From assembly GCF_027924565.1 (NCBI RefSeq), contig NZ_AP027041.1, positions 3,794,748 through 3,858,747 on the forward strand: a stretch of 64,000 nt of DNA, in the 5' to 3' direction. Source of the stretch: Lysobacter auxotrophicus (GTDB lineage Bacteria; Pseudomonadota; Gammaproteobacteria; Xanthomonadales; Xanthomonadaceae). The position numbers were made by a program, and so were the translations under genes. Under the pieces are notes generated by a model. It was given only the letters and a program-made list of their open reading frames with translations, searched no databases and had not been told where the DNA came from. Positions within the stretch are counted from its first letter, which is position 1; each line of letters starts with the position of its first letter. Shown one piece after another: positions 1 through 15,249 of this stretch.

Positions 1-1071
1 GATTTCAGCTTCAGCGTCACGCGCCGCTCGCACGACGAACTCGACGACCTGGTCGAAGCGCATAACGAACTGGGCCGCGTGTTGCGCGATGAGCGCCAGT
101 CGCTGTTCCAGCGCGAACTGCTGCTCGACACCGTCGTGCAGAACACGCCGACCGCGTTGTTGCTGATCGAGAGCCGCGGCGCGATCGTGTACGGGAACGT
201 CGCGGCGCGCCAGCTGTTTCACGACGGCCGCAAGGTCGAAGGACTGAAGTTCCCGCAGTTGATGGAGAACACGCCGGCGCCGTTGCGCGAAGCACTCGGC
301 GAAGGTCGCGACCGCCTTTTCAGCTTCGAACACGCGGGGCAGGAAGAGACGTACCACCTCGCGCGCCGCGATTTCCATCTCAACGGCCGCGTGCATACGC
401 TTTTCATGTTCAAGCGGCTGACGGCGGAGTTGAACCGCCAGGAAGTGGCGACGTGGAAGAAGGTCATCCGCGTGATCAGCCACGAGCTCAACAACTCGCT
501 GGCGCCGATCACGTCGCTGGCGCACTCGGGCGCGGAACTGTTGCGGCGCGGAGACCACGAGAAGCTCGGCCGCATCTTCGAAACCATCGAGGAACGCGCG
601 CGGCACCTGCACGGCTTCCTGCGCGGCTATTCGAGCGTCGCGAAACTGCCGGTCCCGGAACTCGAATCGGTGGAATGGGCGCCGTTCCTGTCGCGCCTGC
701 AGCAGCATTACGGGTTCGAGCGCGGCCCGATCCCGTCGGAGCCTGCGCGCTTCGATCCGGCGCAGGTCGAGCAGGCGTTGATCAACGTGCTGAAGAACGC
801 GCACGAGTCCGGATCGAAGGAAGACGAGGTCACGCTGACGGTGCGGCAGATTGGCCGCGTCGTGCGCGTGGAGGTGAGCGATCGCGGGCCCGGCATGTCG
901 GACGCGGTACTCGCGAATGCGCTGGTGCCCTTCTATTCGACCAAGCGCAGCGGGAGCGGCCTCGGGCTGGCGCTCGCGCGCGAGATCTGCGAGGCGCATG
1001 GCGGACGGATCGGGCTGGCGAACCGCGATGGCGGCGGCTTGACGGTGAGTTTGACGTTGCCGGTGGAGTGA
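1..1071 (+). CDS. Sensor histidine kinase, C-terminal part (gene starts upstream of the window); HAMP-like segment, HisKA and HATPase_c
   Basis: The frame is open from base 1 (DFSFSVTRRSHDELDDLVEAHNELG...). H-box 'SHELNNSLAPI'. ATPase motifs 'DRGPGM' and 'GSGLGLALA' near the C-terminus. Confidence 0.8.
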   Translation, partial: DFSFSVTRRSHDELDDLVEAHNELGRVLRDERQSLFQRELLLDTVVQNTPTALLLIESRGAIVYGNVAARQLFHDGRKVEGLKFPQLMENTPAPLREALGEGRDRLFSFEHAGQEETYHLARRDFHLNGRVHTLFMFKRLTAELNRQEVATWKKVIRVISHELNNSLAPITSLAHSGAELLRRGDHEKLGRIFETIEERARHLHGFLRGYSSVAKLPVPELESVEWAPFLSRLQQHYGFERGPIPSEPARFDPAQVEQALINVLKNAHESGSKEDEVTLTVRQIGRVVRVEVSDRGPGMSDAVLANALVPFYSTKRSGSGLGLALAREICEAHGGRIGLANRDGGGLTVSLTLPVE

Positions 1072-1383
1072 GGCGTGTTACGAGCGCGGTCGTGCTCGCC
1101 ATCCCTACAGCGCTCGTCAACTTCTCTTCCGTCGCCTTCTTTCGCCGGCGCCTTCTTTTGCCGTCACCTTCTTTTGCCGTCGCCTTGTTTATCCGTCATC
1201 CCGGCGAAGGCCGGGATCCAGGCTGGCAAGGCGTCCGTCGCCGACGGTTTCATCGCGTAAGGCGAGGCACTGCAAACGTCAGCCGAACGGGCCTGGGTCC
1301 CGGCCTTCGCCGGGACGACGGGTTGAGTGGACGAACGAGCTGCGCACGTCAACGCACCGCGCGCGATGCGGCTACGAAAACCA

Positions 1384-2754
1384 TCAAACCTTCGGCTTCT
1401 TCTTCGGCCGCTGCCAGCCCGCGATCGTCGATTGCCGCGCACGCGCCACGGTGAGCTGGCCTTCCGGTGCATCGCGCGTGACCACCGAACCGGCGGCGAT
1501 CGTCGCTTCGCGGCCGATGGTCACCGGTGCCACGAGCGAGGAGTTCGAACCGATGAACGCGCCGTCCTCGATCGTCGTCGTCGACTTGTTCACGCCGTCG
1601 TAGTTGCAGGTGATCGTGCCCGCCCCGACGTTGACGCCCGCGCCGATCACGGTGTCGCCCAGGTACGTGAGGTGGTTGGCCTTGCTGGTGACGCCGATGC
1701 GCGCGTTCTTGGTCTCGACGAAGTTGCCGACGTGCACGCCGTCGGCGAGCACGGTGCCCGGGCGCAGTCGCGAATACGGGCCGATCTGCGCAGCGCCTTC
1801 GACGATGACGCCGTCCAGGTCGCAATGCGCGCGCACTTCGGTGCCAGGGCCCAGGGTCACGTCCTTGAGCCGGCAGAACGGTCCGATACGCACGCCATCG
1901 CCGAGCACGACTTTGCCTTCGAGCACCACGTCCACGTCGATCTCGACGTCATGCCCCACGCGCACCTCGCCACGCTGATCGAAGCGTGCCGGATCGGCCA
2001 GTCGTGCGCCCTGCACGCACAGCGCGCGCGCCGCGCGCCGCTGGAACGCGCGTTCGAGCTGCGCGAGCTGCCACGAATCGTTCGCGCCTTCGACTTCGAT
2101 GGGGTCCTGCACGTGCACCATCTCGGCCGCGTTGAACTCGGCGGCGGCCGATGCGAAGACGTCGGTGAGGTAGTACTCGCCCTGCGCGTTGTCGTTGCCC
2201 AGGTGCTGCAACCAGCGACGCAACGCCTCGCCGTCCGCGACGAGGATGCCGGTGTTCACCGTGCGGATCTCGCGCTGCTCGTCGTCGGCGTCCTTGTGCT
2301 CGACGATGCGACCGACGCGGCCCTGAGGATCGCGCACGATGCGGCCGTAACCGGTGGGGTCTTCCAGGTCGGCGACCAGCACCGCGATGCGGCCCGGCGC
2401 GGCGAGCAGACGCTGCAGTGTTTCGGCGGTGATGAGCGGCACGTCGCCGTAGAGCACGAGCACGCGCGCATCGACCGGCACGGACGGCATCGCCTGCTGG
2501 ACGGCATGCCCCGTGCCCAGACGCTGCTCCTGTTCGGTCCAGTGCAGGTCGGCCTGGTCGGCGAACGCGGCGCGGACCTGCTCGCCGCCGTGCCCGTACA
2601 CGACATGGATACCGGCCGCGCCAAGTTGGCGCGCGGTGTCGATCACGTGACCGAGCATCGGCTTGCCGGCGATCTTCTGCAGCACCTTGGCCGTGACGGA
2701 CTTCATGCGCTTGCCCTCGCCGGCGGCGAGGATGACGACGTGGAGTGGATTCAT
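1384..2754 (-). CDS. glmU: Bifunctional UDP-GlcNAc pyrophosphorylase / GlcN-1-P acetyltransferase
   Basis: N-terminus [19 protein letters not shown] (nucleotidyltransferase). C-terminal left-handed beta-helix hexapeptide repeats. 456 aa from the ATG at 2754. Confidence 0.9.
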   Translation of the reverse strand: MNPLHVVILAAGEGKRMKSVTAKVLQKIAGKPMLGHVIDTARQLGAAGIHVVYGHGGEQVRAAFADQADLHWTEQEQRLGTGHAVQQAMPSVPVDARVLVLYGDVPLITAETLQRLLAAPGRIAVLVADLEDPTGYGRIVRDPQGRVGRIVEHKDADDEQREIRTVNTGILVADGEALRRWLQHLGNDNAQGEYYLTDVFASAAAEFNAAEMVHVQDPIEVEGANDSWQLAQLERAFQRRAARALCVQGARLADPARFDQRGEVRVGHDVEIDVDVVLEGKVVLGDGVRIGPFCRLKDVTLGPGTEVRAHCDLDGVIVEGAAQIGPYSRLRPGTVLADGVHVGNFVETKNARIGVTSKANHLTYLGDTVIGAGVNVGAGTITCNYDGVNKSTTTIEDGAFIGSNSSLVAPVTIGREATIAAGSVVTRDAPEGQLTVARARQSTIAGWQRPKKKPKV

Positions 2755-2868
2755 GCGGTGGGACGACTCGTGGGCGTGACCGCAGGATCTTATCAACGTG
2801 AACCGGAATGCGCCGTGCGTGTGGGTCGCGTGCAGGGTGGCGTTCCGCCGGGCGACTAGAATTCACGC

Positions 2869-3273
2869 ATGCGCCGACGTCCCAACCATTCCAGCCTGGC
2901 CCGGCATGGCAGCCGCTACATCGCGGTCGGCGCGGTGCAGCTGCTCGTGGACTGGGCGGTCTTCGTCGCCCTCAGCGCGGCCGGCGTGCTGGTGGAACCG
3001 GCGAACATCGTCGGACGCATCAGCGGCGCGGCGATCGGCTTCTGGGCGAACGGACGATTCACGTTCGCAAGCGACGACACCGCGCTGGGCGGCCGGCAGT
3101 TCGCGCGCTTCGCGGTGATGTGGCTGGCGACCACGGCGATCAGCACGTGGGCCGTGGGCCATATCGACGATACGGTGGGCTTGAAGTGGGCATGGCTGGC
3201 GAAGCCGGCGATCGACGTGGCGGTGAGCGCGATCGGCTTCGTGCTGTCGCGGCACTGGGTGTATCGGCGGTAG
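2869..3273 (+). CDS. GtrA-family membrane protein (polysaccharide synthesis / flippase-associated)
   Basis: 134 aa with 4 predicted TM helices and a GtrA-like pattern (LLVDWAVFVALSAAG ... FVLSRHWVYR). Divergent from glmU. Confidence 0.65.
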   Translation: MRRRPNHSSLARHGSRYIAVGAVQLLVDWAVFVALSAAGVLVEPANIVGRISGAAIGFWANGRFTFASDDTALGGRQFARFAVMWLATTAISTWAVGHIDDTVGLKWAWLAKPAIDVAVSAIGFVLSRHWVYRR

Positions 3274-3582
3274 GTCGGCGATCTGGCGCCGAACAGTGCG
3301 TCATCCCGGTGCGGGCCGGGACAAGGGCGCGCAGCCGATGGGCACTCCCTGACGGTTCCCACATTGCGCCGTCGGTCCAGCGAAGGCTGGAACCCATCCT
3401 GATCTTCGCTCTTTCGTGGGAGCCCCGGCGCATGCGCGTCCGCCCTCTGAAACAGATGCGCTGACAGCAGAAGGATGCGTACCTGCCTGTAGCAACGCGG
3501 GAAGCGTGCATGGCGAGTGCGAGCGTCGGCCCTCCGCCGACCCTCACCCAGTGAGAGAGGGCTCAAAATCTCCACAAACAAA

Positions 3583-3612
3583 AAAGGCGACGGGTTCGCC
3601 GTCGCCTTCTTC
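3583..3612 (-). terminator. Rho-independent terminator of the atp operon
   Basis: GC-rich hairpin GGCGACGG-GTTC-GCCGTCGCC followed by a T-run on the minus strand, immediately 3' of atpC. Confidence 0.7.
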
Positions 3613-3673
3613 CGCAGTGCTGGAGGTTCGCTCTTCGAATATCGAATCCCGAATCGCGACTCCGCTCCCGCGT

Positions 3674-4099
3674 TTAGTGCTTCATGTTCTTGCGCAGACG
3701 CTCCAGCGCGCTGAGCTGGGCGATGCTCATGGCCAGCTGGGCCTGGGCTTCTTCCATGCTCATCTGCGGGTCCTTCTTCGACAGGATGCGCTCGGCCTCT
3801 TCCTTCGCGGCGCGAACGGCGGCTTCGTCGATGTCCTGGGCGCGCACGGCGGTGTCGGCCAGCACGGTGACCACCGTCGGCTGCACTTCGAGGATGCCGC
3901 CCGAGATCGCGAAGTCGAGTTGCTCGCCACCCGGCAGGGTCACCACGACCTTGCCCGGCTTGAGGCGGGTGATCAGCGGCGCGTGCTTCGGCGCGATGCC
4001 GAGCTCGCCGATCTCACCGGTGGCGACCACCAGCTCGGCCTCGCCGTGGAAGATTTCCTGCTCGGCGCTGACGATGTCGCAACGAATCGTGGATGCCAT
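3674..4099 (-). CDS. atpC: F1 ATP synthase epsilon subunit
   Basis: 141 aa, [29 protein letters not shown]...; last gene of the atp operon. Confidence 0.9.
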   Translation of the reverse strand: MASTIRCDIVSAEQEIFHGEAELVVATGEIGELGIAPKHAPLITRLKPGKVVVTLPGGEQLDFAISGGILEVQPTVVTVLADTAVRAQDIDEAAVRAAKEEAERILSKKDPQMSMEEAQAQLAMSIAQLSALERLRKNMKH

Positions 4100-4222
4100 G
4101 TAGTAACGCCTTTGTACTTTGTCCCCCTCCGCCGCGCGCGACGGAGGGTTGGAATGCGGATGCGGGCCGGGCCCTCATCCTGACCCTCTCCCGCACGCGA
4201 GAGAGGGAGCAAGACCGACGGA

Positions 4223-5698
<1,476 letters not shown>

Positions 5699-6562
5699 TC
5701 AGACCGCCGCGGCGCCGCCGACGATTTCCGAGATTTCCTGCGTGATCGCCGCCTGGCGGGCCTTGTTGTAGACCAGGTTCAGCGTGCCGATCAGCTTGGT
5801 GGCGTTGTCGGAGGCGGCCTTCATCGCGACCATGCGCGCGGCATGTTCCGACGCGACGTTCTCGAGCACCGCCTGGTACACCAGCGACTCGATGTAGCGG
5901 TTGAGCACGTGGTCGAGCACGGTCGCCGCATCGGGTTCGTAGATGTAGTCCCAGTCGTGCTTGGCGACCTGCGTCTCCGCCGGCGGCAGCGGCAGCAGCT
6001 GGTCGAACGCCGCACGCTGCGTCATCGTGTTGACGAAGTCGTTGTAGCAGACGAACACGCGGTCGAGATTGCCGGCGCTGTAGCCGTCGAGCATCACCTT
6101 GATGACGCCGACCAGTTGCTCCAGCTTCGGCTGGTCGCCCAGGTGGGTGACCGAACCGACCATGTTGACCTTGATGCGACGGAAGAACACCGAGGCCTTC
6201 TGGCCGATGGTGACCACGTCGATCTCGACGCCCTGCTCCTGCCACTTGCGGAATTCGCCCAGCAGCTTGCGGAACAGGTTGTTGTTGAGGCCGCCGGCGA
6301 GGCCGCGATCGGACGACACGATGATGTAGCCGACGCGCTTCACGTCCTGGCGCTCGACTAGGTACGGATGCTGGTAATCGGAATTGGCCTGCGCCAGGTG
6401 GCCGATCACCTGCTTCATCACGCGAGCGTACGGACGCGAGACCTTCATGCGTTCCTGCGCCTTGCGGATCTTGGAAGCCGAGACCATCTCGAGCGCGCGC
6501 GTCACCTTGCGGGTGTTCTGCACGCTCTTGATCTTGGATTTGATTTCGCGTCCGCCTGCCAT
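5699..6562 (-). CDS. atpG: F1 ATP synthase gamma subunit
   Basis: 287 aa, [31 protein letters not shown].... Confidence 0.93.
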   Translation of the reverse strand: MAGGREIKSKIKSVQNTRKVTRALEMVSASKIRKAQERMKVSRPYARVMKQVIGHLAQANSDYQHPYLVERQDVKRVGYIIVSSDRGLAGGLNNNLFRKLLGEFRKWQEQGVEIDVVTIGQKASVFFRRIKVNMVGSVTHLGDQPKLEQLVGVIKVMLDGYSAGNLDRVFVCYNDFVNTMTQRAAFDQLLPLPPAETQVAKHDWDYIYEPDAATVLDHVLNRYIESLVYQAVLENVASEHAARMVAMKAASDNATKLIGTLNLVYNKARQAAITQEISEIVGGAAAV

Positions 6563-6664
6563 GCTCTACTCGCTTCGCTCGCTTCGGGAATGGGGAACCG
6601 GGAATGGGGAACCGTGAGAGCGCCTGCTTCTACGATTCCCGACTCTCGTCGATCGATTCCCTGC

Positions 6665-8215
<1,551 letters not shown>

Positions 8216-8261
8216 GGGTTGAGTCCCTTGATCCGGTTGCCCGGAATTGCAGATGAATTCG

Positions 8262-8789
8262 TTATTGCGACAGCGTCGACTGCAGGCGCTCGAGCTTGCC
8301 CTTCAGCGAGCCGTCGATGACCACGTCGCCCGCGTCGATCACGGCGCCGCCGATCAGCGAGGCGTCCACCGCCGTCTCGATCTCGACCTCGCGGCCGAAG
8401 CGCTTCTTCAGCGCGGCCTTGATGGCGTCGAGTTCGGCGGTCGGCAGTTCGCTCGCGGCCGTGACCTTGGCCTTGACCACGCGCTCGGCTTCGGCGCGCA
8501 GCTCCTCGAACTGGCCGGTGATCTCCGGCAGCAGCGCGAGGCGACGGTTGTCGGCGAGCAGCCCGAGGAAACGGGTGAAGGCCTCATCGGCGCCGTCGGG
8601 CGCGAGCAGGCCGACCGCATCGGCCGGGTTCAGCAGCGGGTGGCCGAGCAGCGCCTGGGCCTGCGGATCGGCGGCCACGCGCGAAGCGAAGGCGAGCGCC
8701 TGCGACCACGCAGCGGTGCGACCGCCCTCGCGCGAAAGCGCGAAGGCGGCACGTGCGTACGGACGGGCGAGGGTCAGGGCCTGGGTCAT
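8262..8789 (-). CDS. atpH: F1 ATP synthase delta subunit (OSCP)
   Basis: 175 aa, [19 protein letters not shown].... Confidence 0.88.
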   Translation of the reverse strand: MTQALTLARPYARAAFALSREGGRTAAWSQALAFASRVAADPQAQALLGHPLLNPADAVGLLAPDGADEAFTRFLGLLADNRRLALLPEITGQFEELRAEAERVVKAKVTAASELPTAELDAIKAALKKRFGREVEIETAVDASLIGGAVIDAGDVVIDGSLKGKLERLQSTLSQ

Positions 8790-8837
8790 TTCAGATCATT
8801 CCGCTCGAGCGAGCCTGGGTGATGCCGCGTACACAGA

Positions 8838-9308
8838 TCAAAGCTGGGCTGCCAGCTCGTCGAGCAGCGCCTTGTGGGCGTTGGCGTCGATTTCGCGCTT
8901 GAGCAGCTTTTCGGCGCCGGTCACGGCCAGCGTGGAGACCTGCTTGCGCAGCTCCTCGCGGGCGCGGTTGGACGCCGCGGCGATCTCGGCTTCGGCCGCC
9001 GACTTCTGTCGGTTGGCTTCGGCGATCGCGTCGTTCTTGGCCTGGTCGATGATCTGATTGGCGCGCTGGTGCGCCTGCTCGATGATCTCGTTGGCCTTCG
9101 TACGCGCGGTGCGCAGCTCGGCATCGACGCTCTGCTGGGCCTGTGCCAGGTTCTTCTGGCTCTGCTCGGCAGCGGCCAGACCCTCGGCAATCTTTTGTTG
9201 ACGTTCTTCGATCGCCTTGTTCAGCGGCGGCCAAATGAACTTCATCGTGAACCAGATGAGCACGATGAACGTGATCATCTGGCCGAAGAAGGTCATGTTG
9301 AGATTCAT
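8838..9308 (-). CDS. atpF: F0 ATP synthase subunit b
   Basis: 156 aa. N-terminal TM helix, then a long charged coiled coil. Confidence 0.88.
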   Translation of the reverse strand: MNLNMTFFGQMITFIVLIWFTMKFIWPPLNKAIEERQQKIAEGLAAAEQSQKNLAQAQQSVDAELRTARTKANEIIEQAHQRANQIIDQAKNDAIAEANRQKSAAEAEIAAASNRAREELRKQVSTLAVTGAEKLLKREIDANAHKALLDELAAQL

Positions 9309-9397
9309 GACAGCTCCGATGGAACGCTTTTTTCGGGCTTACGCCCGGGAGAGCCGCCCGGCATGGCCGGACGGCTCAACGGTTGCTTGTGCAGCAA

Positions 9398-9700
<303 letters not shown>

Positions 9701-9777
9701 CTACTGAAACGTTTTGGTTTGGAAGGGTGAAGCTGAAAGGGTGGAGCGAAAGCGGTGACGCGGCGTTCCGAACAGGC

Positions 9778-11017
<1,240 letters not shown>

Positions 11018-11245
11018 AGCGCCCGGTAGAGCCGCAAAAGTATAAAGGTCCCCTTAAGTCCGGGCAACCTGCGAGGCTCGCCGCGGACGGATTTCGCCCG
11101 GATTCGGGCCAATCGGCACGATTTCGGAAGGCCGCGACATTTTCTCGAACAATAGGCGCCCCCTATCGTTCCGCACGGAACATTCGATTGGACCGGTACA
11201 CGGCGACCCCCATAATGAGAACCACTCTCATCTAAGGCATTCGCC

Positions 11246-11464
11246 ATGGCCAAGACCTTCAGCTTTGCCGCCGTGCACTTCAGCGTCGCCTTTACCGTGG
11301 GCTACCTGATGACGGGCAGCGTCTGGGTAGGCGGCGCCCTGGCCCTGGTCGAGCCCGCCTGCAACACGGTGGCGTTCCACTTCCACGAGAAGATCTGGAA
11401 GCGCATCGAGGCCCGCCGCCACGCGGCACGTGGTGCGTCGGGGACCAACGCCGTCGCTTTGTGA
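11246..11464 (+). CDS. DUF2061-like small membrane protein
   Basis: 72 aa, two TM helices. Divergent from the atp operon. Confidence 0.5.
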   Translation: MAKTFSFAAVHFSVAFTVGYLMTGSVWVGGALALVEPACNTVAFHFHEKIWKRIEARRHAARGASGTNAVAL

Positions 11465-11852
11465 CGGCCGTCCGGTTTCGCAATCCCCGTCGCGGAATGC
11501 GGAACCTTTCCGCAGCCCCCCGGTCCCATCTGTTGATCGCCCGCCGACGCTCTCTCCTCGTCAACGGCAGTCCCGGTGGGCCCTCCGAAGCCCCGGCTCG
11601 CGCCGGGGCTTCTCCTTTTCTGTTTCTGCACCTGTGCATTGCGCGTCGCCAATGCGTTCCGCGGATCGACGTGCGCGATGTCGCAACCACTTCGCGCAAC
11701 CACGAAGCGATGCACGTGAGTCGCATGTGATCGTGCGTGCGCTTCATCGCATCGACGCGGCATCAACGCATGCATCGCGGCGACTTTCACTTTTGCTGCA
11801 TCGCTCATAAGGCTCCATTACGCACTCGCAATCGCCTCGATGGAGTGGACTG

Positions 11853-12659
11853 ATGATGGAGTTGAAGCGTTTGGGCCTTGCGTTGGCCCTGTCTTCCGTG
11901 TTTTTTGCCGGCGCCGCGCAGGCGCAACAGAACGATCGATTCACCCTTCGCATCGGCGCAATGGATGCCGATGCGTCCAGCGAACTCACTGCCAACACGA
12001 CCTTCATGGGGCAGGACTATCGCTACAGCCAGGACTTCGATTTCGGCAGCAACGAAGTGTCGCCGCGCATCGACGGCACGTTCCGTTTCAGCGACCGCCA
12101 GCGCCTGGTGTTCGACTACTTCCAGTACGACAAGGAAAACACCACCACGCTCGACCGCGATCTGTCGTACGACCAGTACACGATCCCGGCCGGCAGCTTC
12201 GCGCGCGCCGAGGTGGAGTTCACGCTGGCCAGCCTGATGTACGACTACGCCGTGGTCGACACCGACACCTTCGAGCTGGGCCTGCAGGTCGGCGCAGAGT
12301 GGGCGAAGCTCGACGGCAAGCTGCTCGCCGAGGCAGGCCCCTACCGTTACGCGGACAGCGACCAGGAAGACGGCTACGCGCCGGTGGTCGGTGCGCGCTT
12401 CACGTTCACGCCGAGCGAGAAGTGGCTGATCAACGTGCAGGGCCAGTACCTGGACGCCGACTGGGGCGACTTCGGCGACTACGACGGCAGCATCTCGCGT
12501 GCGAACGCCGCCGTGGAATATCGCTTCACGCCGGTGTTCGGCGCGTTCGTGGGCTACGACTGGTTCAAGCTCGATGCGCGTCGAAACGGTCGCGATGCCT
12601 CGCTGGGCCTCGACCACCGCTTCAAGGGTCCGGTCGCGGGCGTGTCGTTCTCGTTCTGA
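11853..12659 (+). CDS. Outer-membrane beta-barrel protein, family uncertain
   Basis: Signal peptide (LALALSSVFFAGAAQA). Alternating amphipathic beta strands. C-terminal Phe (…VSFSF). Confidence 0.7.
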   Translation: MMELKRLGLALALSSVFFAGAAQAQQNDRFTLRIGAMDADASSELTANTTFMGQDYRYSQDFDFGSNEVSPRIDGTFRFSDRQRLVFDYFQYDKENTTTLDRDLSYDQYTIPAGSFARAEVEFTLASLMYDYAVVDTDTFELGLQVGAEWAKLDGKLLAEAGPYRYADSDQEDGYAPVVGARFTFTPSEKWLINVQGQYLDADWGDFGDYDGSISRANAAVEYRFTPVFGAFVGYDWFKLDARRNGRDASLGLDHRFKGPVAGVSFSF

Positions 12660-12735
12660 TCGACGCCGCAAACGCGTGAAACGAAACAGGCGCGGAGTTC
12701 CGCGCCTGTTTCGTTGATGCCGCCTGCAACCCCGC

Positions 12736-14556
12736 TTACTTCTTCTTCGGGATGTACAGGTCGGTGATCGTGCCTTCGTAGACTTCGGCCGCCATCGCCA
12801 CCGTTTCGCTGAGCGTCGGGTGCGGATGGATGGTCGCACCGATGTCGCCGGCTTCCGCGCCCATTTCGATGGCAAGCGCCACTTCGCTGATCAGGTCGCC
12901 CGCGTGCACGCCGACGATGCCGCCGCCAATGATGCGATGCGTCTTCTCGTCGAACACCAGCTTGGTGAAGCCTTCGCCGCGGCCGATACCGACCGCACGA
13001 GCGGAGGCCGCCCAGGGGAACTTGCCCACGCCGACGTGCAGGCCCTTGGCCTTGGCTTCGGTTTCGGTGACGCCGACCCAGGCGATTTCCGGATCCGTGT
13101 ACGCCACCGACGGCACGACGCGCGCGACCCACTCGCGCTTCTCGCCGGCGGCGACTTCCGCCGCGAGCTTGCCTTCGTGCGTCGCCTTGTGCGCCAGCAT
13201 CGGCTGGCCGACCAGGTCGCCGATGGCGAAGATGTGCGGCACGTTCGTACGCATCTGGCGATCGACCGGGATGAAGCCGCGATCGGTCACCTGCACGCCC
13301 GCCTTGTCGGCGTCGATCTTGTTGCCGTTCGGCGCGCGGCCGACGGCGACGAGCACGCGATCCCACGTGCCGTTTTCCAGCGCGGGCGTCGCGCCGGCTT
13401 CGGCCGCTTCGAACGACACGTTGATGCCGGCCTTCGAGGCTTCGACCTTCGCCGCCTTGGTCTTGAGGTGGACGATGACGCCCTGCTTCTTGAGGCGATC
13501 GGCCAGCGGCTTGACCAGGTCCTTGTCGGCGCCCGGCATCAGCTGGTCCATGAACTCCACGACCGTCACTTCACTGCCCAACGCGCGATACACCGTCGCC
13601 ATTTCCAGGCCGATGATGCCGCCGCCGACAACCAGGAGCCTTTTCGGCACGTCGGCCAGTTCCAGCGCATCGGTCGAGTCCATGATGCGCGGGTCGTCCC
13701 ACGGGAAGTTCGGCAGCTTCACCGCCTGCGAACCGGCGGCGATGATGCACTGCTCGAAACGCAGCAGCTGCGTCTTGCCGTCTTCGGCGGTGATCTCCAG
13801 CTCGTTCGGCGACACGAACCGGCCGACGCCCTGCACCGTGCGCACCTTGCGCTGCTTGGCCATGCCGCCCAAGCCCTTGGTGAACTGGCCCACGACCTTG
13901 TTCTGCTTGAAGTCGCGCAGCTTGTCGATGTCGATCTTCGGCTTGCCGAAGCTGATGCCGATGTCGGCCGAATGCGCGGCTTCCTCGATCAGCGCCGCGG
14001 CATGCAGCAGCGCCTTCGACGGGATGCAGCCGACGTTGAGGCAGACGCCGCCGAGGCTGGCGTAGCGCTCCACCAGGACGGTATCCAGGCCCAGGTCGGC
14101 GGCGCGGAACGCGGCGGTGTAGCCGCCGGGGCCGGAACCCAGCACGACGATGCGGCATTCGATATCGGCCTTGCGCCCGGTGCCCAGCGCGGGCTTGGGC
14201 GCTTCGCTCGGCGGTGCGGCCGGCGACGGCGCGACGGGCGGCTTCGCGGTTTCGGGCGACGGCGCGGCTGCGGGCGCGGCGGCCTTCGGCGCCTCGGCCT
14301 TCGGCGCAGCGGCTTCGCCGGCGCTTTCCAGCACGACGATCACGGCGCCCTCGGCGACCTTGTCGCCGACCTTGACCTTGATCTCCTTCACCACGCCTTC
14401 GTCCGACGACGGCACTTCCATCGTCGCCTTGTCCGATTCCAGCGTGACCAGGCCCTGGTCCTTCTTCACCGTGTCGCCGACGGCGACGAGCAGCTCGATC
14501 ACCGGCACGCCGTCGTAATCGCCGATGTCCGGCACCTTGACTTCAATGGTCGCCAT
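12736..14556 (-). CDS. lpdA: Dihydrolipoyl dehydrogenase (E3) with an N-terminal lipoyl domain
   Basis: 606 aa. Lipoyl domain (ESDKATMEVP) then an Ala/Pro linker. FAD site GSGPGGY. Redox-active CLNVGCIPSK. Confidence 0.93.
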   Translation of the reverse strand: MATIEVKVPDIGDYDGVPVIELLVAVGDTVKKDQGLVTLESDKATMEVPSSDEGVVKEIKVKVGDKVAEGAVIVVLESAGEAAAPKAEAPKAAAPAAAPSPETAKPPVAPSPAAPPSEAPKPALGTGRKADIECRIVVLGSGPGGYTAAFRAADLGLDTVLVERYASLGGVCLNVGCIPSKALLHAAALIEEAAHSADIGISFGKPKIDIDKLRDFKQNKVVGQFTKGLGGMAKQRKVRTVQGVGRFVSPNELEITAEDGKTQLLRFEQCIIAAGSQAVKLPNFPWDDPRIMDSTDALELADVPKRLLVVGGGIIGLEMATVYRALGSEVTVVEFMDQLMPGADKDLVKPLADRLKKQGVIVHLKTKAAKVEASKAGINVSFEAAEAGATPALENGTWDRVLVAVGRAPNGNKIDADKAGVQVTDRGFIPVDRQMRTNVPHIFAIGDLVGQPMLAHKATHEGKLAAEVAAGEKREWVARVVPSVAYTDPEIAWVGVTETEAKAKGLHVGVGKFPWAASARAVGIGRGEGFTKLVFDEKTHRIIGGGIVGVHAGDLISEVALAIEMGAEAGDIGATIHPHPTLSETVAMAAEVYEGTITDLYIPKKK

Positions 14557-14575
14557 TGTGGGGGTCTCCTGCGGC

Positions 14576-15226
14576 TCAGCCGGTGGCGCCGGCGAGCGTC
14601 TGTTCCAATTGCAGTTCGAGTTGGTCCAGCGACTCTTCGAGTTCGCGCCAACGCTTGAAGCGCTTTTCGTCGCTGTCGTCGGTCGCCTCGATCAGCAGGC
14701 CGACCTGCTCCATGAGTTCGGCGGCCGGGCCGCAGCCGGGCTGCAGGCCGCTGAAACGCAGCGGCTGGCCGGTGGCCGTGTCGTCGACGACGAACAGCAG
14801 GACTTCGCCGTCGTGGAACTGCGCGGCGCGATCGGCCGGCACCTGCGTGCCGAGCGCGCGCTGCCAGTCGGTGACGACGCGACGCGCGAGCGCGGCCGGC
14901 ATCGGCACTTCGACCACGTCGGGCTGCTGGCCCACGCGCAGTTCGCGTTTGCCGCCGCTCCAGACCTCGACGCGCTCGTCGGCCTGCGTGAAGCGCAGGC
15001 GCCAGTCGCCCTCGCCTTCGCCGGCATAGAGCTGCACGCCGCTTTCCACGCTGCGCGCGGGCAGGCGGGTCAGGCTCAGCACGGGCCGGGTGCCCCCGAA
15101 GAACAGCTGCTCCACGGCGGTGCCGTAGTTCTCCGTCGCCGGCGGCCAGCCGCGGCCGATGTCGAGCGTGCATGCATCCTGCGCGTGCACGGCGGACGTC
15201 GTTGCCAGGGCGGCCAATGCCGCCAT
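14576..15226 (-). CDS. Secreted protein of unknown function, lying between aceF and lpdA
   Basis: C-terminal ~216 aa of the 465-aa ORF reads like real protein (signal peptide MAALAALATTSAVHA-QD). A GTG at 15253 overlaps the aceF stop (GTGA) and is an alternative start. Confidence 0.55.
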   Translation of the reverse strand: MAALAALATTSAVHAQDACTLDIGRGWPPATENYGTAVEQLFFGGTRPVLSLTRLPARSVESGVQLYAGEGEGDWRLRFTQADERVEVWSGGKRELRVGQQPDVVEVPMPAALARRVVTDWQRALGTQVPADRAAQFHDGEVLLFVVDDTATGQPLRFSGLQPGCGPAAELMEQVGLLIEATDDSDEKRFKRWRELEESLDQLELQLEQTLAGATG

Positions 15227-15249
15227 CGCCAGGCCCAGCGCGCGCTGCG

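Noticed and set aside
1327-2859. 510-aa ORF on the plus strand overlapping glmU
   Set aside because: Antisense to a confidently identified gene. Arg/Ala/Gly-rich composition typical of spurious ORFs in 70% GC DNA. The same applies to 4298..5638, 6368..8320, 12820..14658, 15172..17043, 26765..29008, 36450..38873, 57825..60158 and similar long ORFs.
3416-4183. 255-aa plus-strand ORF across the atpC terminator and atpC
   Set aside because: Antisense to atpC. It spans a terminator hairpin and REP-like repeats.
11020-11245. AT-richer divergent promoter region upstream of atpI
   Set aside because: A plausible atp promoter, but I could not identify convincing -35/-10 hexamers by eye, so it is not listed as a feature.
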